A stretch of DNA of 64,000 nt from Anaeramoeba ignava BMAN (Eukaryota > Protista > Anaeramoebae): assembly GCA_028826165.1 (NCBI GenBank), contig JAPDFW010000056.1:310001-374000 (forward strand), in the 5' to 3' direction. The translations under genes were made by a program, and so were the position numbers. The notes below the pieces were generated by a model, which was not told the DNA's origin, ran no database searches, and was given only the letters and a program-made list of their open reading frames with translations. Positions 55,206-64,000 of the stretch are shown here, one piece after another; positions within the stretch are counted from its first letter, which is position 1, and each line of letters starts with the position of its first letter.

Positions 55206-58200
55206 ATGGTAACGATTTATTTAATTAAAAAATACAAAAAAAAATTTCTTTCAATTTTTATATTTATATTTATATTTATATTTATTTTTATTTAAATTTA
55301 TAATAAAAAGAGTAACCAAAATCAAGGTAAATTTTATTTCATCTTTCTTTTTATTATGTAAAATTTGGAACTAAAAAAAAAATCATTTAAAATAATAAAT
55401 CAAAATAATGAAATAAATGGAGAAGAAGTTGAAATTCTTTCAAAAATATCACCTGAATTAGAACTTGATATGGGAGATCCAAAATGGACAAATAGAAGAG
55501 ATGCACTTCAATTAGTTTTAGAAGTATTAAATGTTCCAAAAATGGCTAAAGGAAATTACGATAAACTTGTTGAAATTTTAAGAAATGTTTTATCTAATGA
55601 TTCTAATTTAGTTGTTAGTGGAATTTGTATTCAATGTATTGAAAAATTAGCACTTGGATTAAGAAATGATTTCAAACAATATGTTAGTGGAATAATAACA
55701 CCATTATTTTATAAATTTAAAGAAAAAAAACTTGAAGAAGTAGTAACAAATACATTATTTTCAATGCATCCATATTGTTATGGATTAAATGATATTATTG
55801 AATGTAAATTTATTTTATTCTTTCATTTTTAAAATCAAAATTAAAATTTAAATTTAAAATCTAATAATAATAATAGCATTAACACAAGCAATTCAACACA
55901 GAACACCTAAAATAAGATCAGATACAATAACATGGCTTGGAAAATTATTTGGAAGATTAAGTAAATATGAAATTATCCAATCAATCAAACCATTAACAGA
56001 ATTATTATTCAAATCAGTTGATGATACAGTTCCAGCAGTTAGAGATGCAGCATCTAAAACAATTGGAGAAATGGTAACAATAACAGGAGATAAAGTTATT
56101 GAACCATTACTTTCAGAAATCAAACCACCAACAATCAAAAAAATTAAAAAGAATTATCCAAATCAAAATATATTAGATCAAGCAAATTCAACACCAGCTA
56201 TTCCAACAACATCAACACAACCAATTACTAAAGAAGATGAACAAGAAGAAATTCAAGAATCTAAACCAACAAAACAATCAAAAAAGAAACCAATAAAATC
56301 AACCAAACAGAAAACCAAAAAGAAAACAGAAACCAATATTGAATCAAATGAAAATTTAAATCAATCTCAACAACAAAATATTCCAATAATAAATCAAAAT
56401 AATGAAATAACTGGAGAAGAAGTTGAAATTCTTTCAAAAATATCACCTGAATTAGAACTTGATATGGGAGATCCAAAATGGACAAATAGAAGAGATGCAC
56501 TTCAATTAGTTTTAGAAGTATTAAATGTTCCAAAAATGGCTAAAGGAAATTACGATAAACTTGTTGAAATTTTAAGAAATGTTTTATCTAATGATTCTAA
56601 TTTAGTTGTGAGTGGAATTTGTATTCAATGTATTGAAAAATTAGCACTTGGATTAAGAAATGATTTTAAACAATATGTTAGTGGAATAATAACACCATTA
56701 TTTTACAAATTTAAAGAAAAAAAACTTGAAGAAGTAGTAACAAATACATTATTTTCAATGCATCCAAATTGTTATGAATTAAATGATATTATTGAATGTA
56801 AATTTATTTTATTCTTTCATTTTTAAAATTAAAATTAAAATTAAAATTAAAAATTCAAAATTAAAATTAAAATAATAATTAAAATTAAATCAAATAATAA
56901 TAATAATAGCATTAACACAAGCAATTCAACATAGAACACCTAAAATAAGATCAGATACAATAACATGGCTTGGAAAATTATTTGGAAGATTAAGTAAATA
57001 TGAAATTCTTCAATCAATCAAACCAATAACAGAATTATTATTCAAATCAGTTGATGATACAGTTCCAGCAGTTAGAGATGCAGCATCTAAAACAATTGGA
57101 GAAATGGTAACAATAACAGGAGATAAAGTTATTGAACCATTACTTTCAGAAATCAAACCACCAACAATCAAAAAAATTAAAAAGAATTATCCAAATCAAA
57201 ATATATTAGATCAAGCAAATTCAACACCAAATGATTCAAAAACAACATCATTTATTCCAACATCAACACCAACAACATCAACACAACCAATTACTAAAGA
57301 AGATGAACAAGAAGAAATTCAAGAATCTAAACCAACAAAACAATCAAAAAAGAAACCAACAAAATCAACCAAAGCAAAACCATCAAGAAAAATTCCAAAA
57401 ACAGAAAAATATTCTTTAGAAACCAATATTGAATCAAATGAAAATGCAAATGAAAATTTAAATCAATCTCAACAACAAAATATTCCAATAACAAATCAAA
57501 ATAATGAAATAAATGGAGAAGAAGTTGAAATTCTTTCAAAAATATCACCTGAATTAGAACTTGATATGGGAGATCCAAAATGGGCAAATAGAAGAGATGC
57601 ACTTCAATCTGTTTTAGAAGTATTAAATGTTCCAAAAATGGCTAAAGGAAATTACGATAAACTTGTTGAAATTTTAAGAAATGTTTTATCTAATGATTCT
57701 AATTTAGTTGTTAGTGGAATTTGTATTCAATGTATTGAAAAATTAGCACTTGGATTAAGAAATGATTTTAAACAATATGCTAGTGGAATAATAACACCAT
57801 TATTTTACAAATTTAAAGAAAAAAAACTTGAAGAAGTAGTAACAAATACATTATTTTCAATGCATCCAAATTGTTATGAATTAAATGATATTATTGAATG
57901 TAAATTTATTTTATTCTTTCATTTTTAAAATTAAAATTAAAATTATAATTAAAATTAAAATTAAAATTAAAATTCAAATTATAATTAAAATTAAAATTAT
58001 AATTAAAATTAAAATTAAAATTAAAATTAAAATTAAAATTAAAATTAAAATCAAAATCAAATCAAATAATAATAATAATAGCATTAACACAAGCAATTCA
58101 ACATAGAACACCTAAAATAAGATCAGATACAATAACATGGCTTGGAAAATTATTTGGAAGATTAAGTAAATATGAAATTCTTCAATCAATCAAACCATTA

Positions 58201-61200
58201 ACAGAATTATTATTCAAATCAGTTGATGATACAGTTCCAGCAGTTAGAGATGCAGCATCTAAAACAATTGGAGAAATGGTAACAATAACAGGAGATAAAG
58301 TTATTGAACCATTACTTTCAGAAATCAAACCACCAACAATCAAAAAAATTAAAAAGAATTATCCAAATCAAAATATATTAGATCAAGCAAATTCAATACC
58401 AAATGATTCAAAAACAACATCATTTATTCCAACATCAACACTAACAACATCAACACAACCAATTACTAAAGAAGATGAAAAAGAAGAAGTTCAAGAATCT
58501 AAACCAACAAAACAATCAAAAAAGAAACCAACAAAATCAACCAAAGCAAAACCATCAAGAAAAATTCCAAAAACAGAAAAATATTCTTTAGAAACCAATA
58601 TTGAATCAAATGAAAATGCAAATGAAAATTTAAATCAATCTCAACAACAAAATATTCCAATAACAAATCAAAATAATGAAATAAATGGAGAAGAAGTTGA
58701 AATTCTTTCAAAAATATCACCTGAATTAGAACTTGATATGGGAGATCCAAAATGGACAAATAGAAGAGATGCACTTCAATTAGTTTTAGAAGTATTAAAT
58801 GTTCCAAAAATGGCTAAAGGAAATTACGATAAACTTGTTGAAATTTTAAGAAATGTTTTATCTAATGATTCTAATTTAGTTGTTAGTGGAATTTGTATTC
58901 AATGTATTGAAAAATTAGCACTTGGATTAAGAAATGATTTCAAACAATATGTTAGTGGAATAATAACACCATTATTTTATAAATTTAAAGAAAAAAAACT
59001 TGAAGAAGTAGTAACAAATACATTATTTTCAATGCATCCAAATTGTTATGAATTAAATGATATTATTGAATGTAAATTTATTTTATTCTTTCATTTTTAA
59101 AATTAAAATTAAAATTAAAATTAAAATTAAAATTAAAATAATAATAGCATTAACACAAGCAATTCAACATAGAACACCTAAAATAAGATCAGATACAATA
59201 ACATGGCTTGGAAAATTATTTGGAAGATTAAGTAAATATGAAATTCTTCAATCAATCAAACCAATAACAGAATTATTATTCAAATCAGTTGATGATACAG
59301 TTCCAGCAGTTAGAGATGCAGCATCTAAAACAATTGGAGAAATGGTAACAATAACTGGAGATAAAGTTATTGAACCATTACTTTCAGAAATCAAACCACC
59401 AACAATCAAAAAAATTAAAAAGAATTATCCAAATCAAAATATATTAGATCAAGCAAATTCAACACCAAATGATTCAAAAACAACATCATTTATTCCAACA
59501 TCAACACCAACAACATCAACACAACCAATTATTATAGAAGATGAACAAGAAGAAGTTCAAGAATCTAAACCAACAAAACAATCAAAAAAGAAACCAACAA
59601 AATCAACCAAACAGAAAACCAAAAAGAAAACAGAAACCAATATTGAATCAAATGAAAATGCAAATGAAAATTTAAATCAATCTCAACAAAAAAATATTCC
59701 AATAACAAATCAAAATAATGAAATAAATGGAGAAGAAGTTGAAATTCTTTCAAAAATATCACCTGAATTAGAACTTGATATGGGAGATCCAAAATGGACA
59801 AATAGAAGAGATGCACTTCAATTAGTTTTAGAAGTATTAAATGTTCCAAAAATGGCTAAAGGAAATTATGATAAACTTGTTGAAATTTTAAGAAATGTTT
59901 TATCTAATGATTCTAATTTAGTTGTTAGTGGAATTTGTATTCAATGTATTGAAAAATTAGCACTTGGATTAAGAAATGATTTCAAACAATATGTTAGTGG
60001 AATAATAACACCATTATTTTATAAATTTAAAGAAAAAAAACTTGAAGAAGTAGTAACAAATACATTATTTTCAATGCATCCAAATTGTTATGAATTAAAT
60101 GATATTATTGAATGTAAATTTATTTTATTCTTTCATTTTTAAAATTAAAATTAAAATTAAAATTAAAATTAAAATTAAAATAATAATAGCATTAACACAA
60201 GCAATTCAACACAGAACACCTAAAATAAGATCAGATACAATAACATGGCTTGGAAAATTATTTGGAAGATTAAGTAAATATGAAATTCTTCAATCAATCA
60301 AACCATTAACAGAATTATTATTCAAATCAGTTGATGATACAGTTCCAGCAGTTAGAGATGCAGCATCTAAAACAATTGGAGAAATGGTAACAATAACTGG
60401 AGATAAAGTTATTGAACCATTACTTTCAGAAATCAAACCACCAACAATCAAAAAAATTAAAAAGAATTATCCAAATCAAAATATATTAGATCAAGCAAAT
60501 TCAACACCAGTTAGTTCAAAAACAACATCATTTATTCCAACATCAACACCAACAACATCAACACAACCAATTATTATAGAAGATGAACAAGAAGATGAAA
60601 AAGATGATCAGAATGAAACTAATATTAATGAGGATAATGAACAAAAAAAGCAACCACCTAAAAAACAAACAACTAAAAAAACTACAAAAATAACCAAAAA
60701 ATCAACTGCTAAAAACCCAAAGAAAACACAAACAAAAACAAAACCATCACAAAATAAAAAAGAAGAAAAACCAAAACCAACACCAACAACAACAAATGAA
60801 AATACAGGCTTTGATCCATTATCATTAGTTGATCCAGTTGATGTTCTCTCTAAAATACCAACTGATCTTGAAGAAAACATGAAAGAACATAAATGGACAA
60901 TTAGAAGAGATGCACTTCAATCTGTTTTAGAAGTATTAAATGTTCAAAAAATGGCTAAAGGAAGTTATGATAAACTTGTTGAACTTTTAACTAATACTTT
61001 ATCCAGTGATTCTAATTTAGTTGTAAATGGAATTTGTATTCAATGTATTGAAAAATTAGCACTTGGATTAAGAAATGATTTCAAACCATATTATGCTCCA
61101 CTTATACCATTATTATTCTTTAAATTTAAAGAAAAAAAACTTGAAGAAGCAGTAACAAATGCGTTATTTTCAATGCATCCATATTGTTATGGATTAAATG

Positions 61201-64000
61201 ATATTATGGAACGTAAATTTATTTTATTAAATTTATTAATTTAAAATCAAAATTAAAATTAAAAATAAAAATAATCAATAGAATTAACTGAAGCAATTCA
61301 ACATAAAACACCTAAAATAAGATCAGATACAATAACATGGCTTGGAAAATTATTTGCAAAATTAAAAAAATATGAAATTATTCAATCAATCAAAACAATA
61401 ACAGAATTATTATTCAAAGCAGTTGATGATACAGTTCCAGCAGTTAGAGATGCAGCATCTAAAGCTATTGGAGAAATGGTAACAATAACAGGAGATAAAG
61501 TTATTGAACCATTACTTTCAGAAATCAACCCAACTACACTTAAAAAAATCAAAAAGAATTATCCAAATCAAAGTATATTAGATCAAGCAAATTCAACACC
61601 AGTTGAAATTCCAGTTGCAGAAAAAAAACAAACAAAATCAAAAAGTACTAAAAAAACAAAAGGAGCAAACAAAGCAAAAACAAAAACAAAAGGAAAAGGA
61701 AAAGGAGGGAAAACAAAGGGAAAAACAACGAAAACAAATCAGAAACCGAAGAAAGAAGCAACGAAAAAAGCGAAATCACCTTCTGTCGACAATCAACCAA
61801 TAGACAACGCAAATATTGATGATGATTTCGTTGTTGATGATTCAAATGTTCCTGTATTAGATTCAGTTAAATCTAAATGGGAAGAGATGATTCCCCAGTC
61901 AACCCGCGAGGATTTAGAGAGTTCGAAATGGAAAGAACGTGTTTCGGGTGTTGATGAATGTGACGAGATTTTCAGTGGATTTGACGCAAACAAAACAACA
62001 GAGAATTTTGGAATAATTTTCCGCGGACTTGAAAATATTTTCCACGATCCAAATATTCAAGTGATGCAAAAATCATTGAAATGTTTCCAGAAATTATTAT
62101 ATAAAACAAAGAGAGTATCGCGAGCAATTCTTCCCGAATTCATTCCGCAGGTGATCAACAAAATATCCGATCCAAAATTAAAAACGACCATTTTCGAAGT
62201 TCTTACTAGTTTAACGGAAATATTCACAACCCAAAAAATTTTCCAGAATATTTACGAACCAGCACTTAGCCATAAGAGCCCTAAAGTATTAACAGAAGTG
62301 CTAAATTGGATTAATACAGCACTTCTTGAATTCGGGACGCCGACTCTTGATGTGAAAGGATTCCTTGAATTCATCAAAAAATGTTTTGGTAACACAAATC
62401 CACTTGTGAAGAAAGCTGCTCTTGATGTTGTTCATACATCTCGTTTGTATTTTGGCGAATCAATTCGCGTTGTTTTTGAAGAGCTCAGTCCTTCAATATT
62501 GAAAACAATTGATGCCACAATCGAAAAAGCTTCAAAAGCACAAGTACCAACACCAACAAAAACAATGAGAATTCCTAAAGAATCGCCGAAAAAACAAGAA
62601 TCCAAAAAACCGAAGAAAACTTCGAAATCAAAAACATCAGGAAAATCGAAAGCAAAACCAAAAGCAAAACCAAAAGCGAAACCAAAAGCGAAAGCAAAAA
62701 CAACGAAAAAACCGCAAAAAGGCAAAGCGGAACCAGCACCACAGCAAAATTCGCAACAACAAATTGACGAAGAGTTGGTGAATCTTTTGAAATCCAAGGA
62801 TTGGAAAATGCGACAAAAAGCACTTGAAACATTGCAATCAATTTTCAAATCATGCACAGAAAAAACATCTTTTCCGTTTCAAACGGAAATATTTGAATTA
62901 TTAAAAGGACGGTTATCAGAAACAAACAAAAACCTAGTGGTTGTAGTAATCCAAACACTTGAAGCGATAGCAGTGCCTAGCGGGAGCGATCTGAAGCCAC
63001 ATGTAGGAACGATTATGCCTATTGTGCTAACGAATTTCAACGACAAAAAACCGAACATGCGGGAGGCAGTGAGACTGTGTCTGAATGAATGGACAAAACA
63101 AATAGGATTCGATGATTTCCTCCCGATTATTCCTGAAGGACTCAGCTCGCTCAAACTGTCGGAGGCGCGCCAAGACATGTGTGAGTGGATTGCGGCCAGT
63201 ATTCCCACTGTCAAAAAAGCGGATCTTCTCATCCCGATAATGAAACCCATCTTTTTATGTGCCGAGGATAGACTCGCAGGCACAAGAAAAGCTGCTGAGG
63301 ATTCGATCCGAGAAATGATTCTCCAGATCGGCCATAAAAAAATCGCAATCCAAATGGATGGTCTTAAACCAACTACACAGCGCACTATAAATTCTATTCT
63401 TGAAAAATATGCGGATTTGAAACCCATTAAAAAAGAACCCGCAAAAGGAAAGAAACCAAGGAAAAAAAAAGAAGAAACAAACCAGAACAGAAAAAAATCA
63501 CCTGTCAAAAAAAAGGGAAAATCAACAAAAACAAAATCAACAACTGGAAAATCAAAAGCGAAATCAACGAATAAATCAAAAAAGGAGGACAATTCCAACG
63601 CGCAAAACACTGCAGACAGCGAGACAGGAATTTTGAAGATGATCAAAAACGGGAAGAAGAAAAGAGAGGAGCAAATCCACCAAAACAGGTTCAGTGTGGA
63701 AGATTCAAAGAAGGTGCAGGAATTCTTCGATTGGATAAGAGAAGCTGCCAAACTGCTTGTAGAAGAATCTGTCCACGAGCTTCTTTTCTCAGCCAACTTC
63801 AAACTTTTCATCAAGGGAATTGATGCAGTACAAAAATCGATCCAAACACAACCGAAAACAGTGCTTGAAACAGTCGACATTTTCTTCTCGTTTTCAGCAA
63901 TTCGTCTTCATGAAGGAAACATGACGGGATCGATTAAGGTGCTTGAGTTTCTTGTTGAGCTATTTAAATACTTATCAGCAAGCACTTATCAGTTGACAGA
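55206..64000 (+). CDS. CKAP5: XMAP215/ch-TOG/Dis1 microtubule polymerase with expanded TOG array; 5' end uncertain, 3' end beyond window
   Basis: Six copies of VEILSKI..KWT.RRDAL..DSNLVV..LALGLRNDF..KFKEKK (TOG2-type), then an open frame from 61282 with SSKWKERV (TOG3), SKDWKMRQKAL (TOG4) and LLFSANFK..VDIFFSF..KVLEFL (TOG5). Confidence 0.9.
55395..61600 (+). repeat. Intragenic tandem duplication of about 1.0-1.2 kb (exon + intron), 6 units
   Basis: Equivalent intron donors at 55804, 56798, 57900, 59072, 60114, 61213. Confidence 0.95.

Noticed and set aside
62879-63880. 333-aa minus-strand ORF and neighbours
   Set aside because: Antisense shadow of the XMAP215 TOG4/TOG5 coding region

Overview
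Very AT-rich, intron-containing eukaryotic (protist) genomic DNA using the standard code. Repeat-swollen introns, (AAAATC/AAAATT)n coding tracts and TCATT motifs before start codons suggest an Anaeramoeba-like metamonad, but this is inference only. About 21 protein genes can be assembled: 2 tandem aldo-keto reductases, a claudin-like membrane protein, a BRCA1/BARD1-like RING-BRCT protein, a bacterial-type membrane protein, CLASP, a hypothetical protein, an AFG3/paraplegin m-AAA protease, a P4-ATPase, a bZIP factor, maspardin, an ankyrin protein, 4 tandem DUF5765-like membrane proteins, COMMD5, a double HMG-box protein, Cdh1/FZR1, a PARG-like macrodomain protein, an RGS protein, and XMAP215/ch-TOG (runs off the window end). 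Top observations: (1) an XMAP215 with no recognisable TOG1 but six tandem TOG2-type domains on symmetric, same-phase exons, giving at least 9 TOGs; (2) a 4-copy membrane-protein array with two hypervariable patches and mosaic copies; (3) an intron-bearing, bacterial-like PARG homologue with QDE instead of QEE; (4) 1-2 kb introns each filled with its own satellite; (5) tandem Inr-like TCATT elements. Several single-base frameshifts are probably long-read errors. No RNA genes, inteins, mobile elements or CRISPR arrays were recognised.
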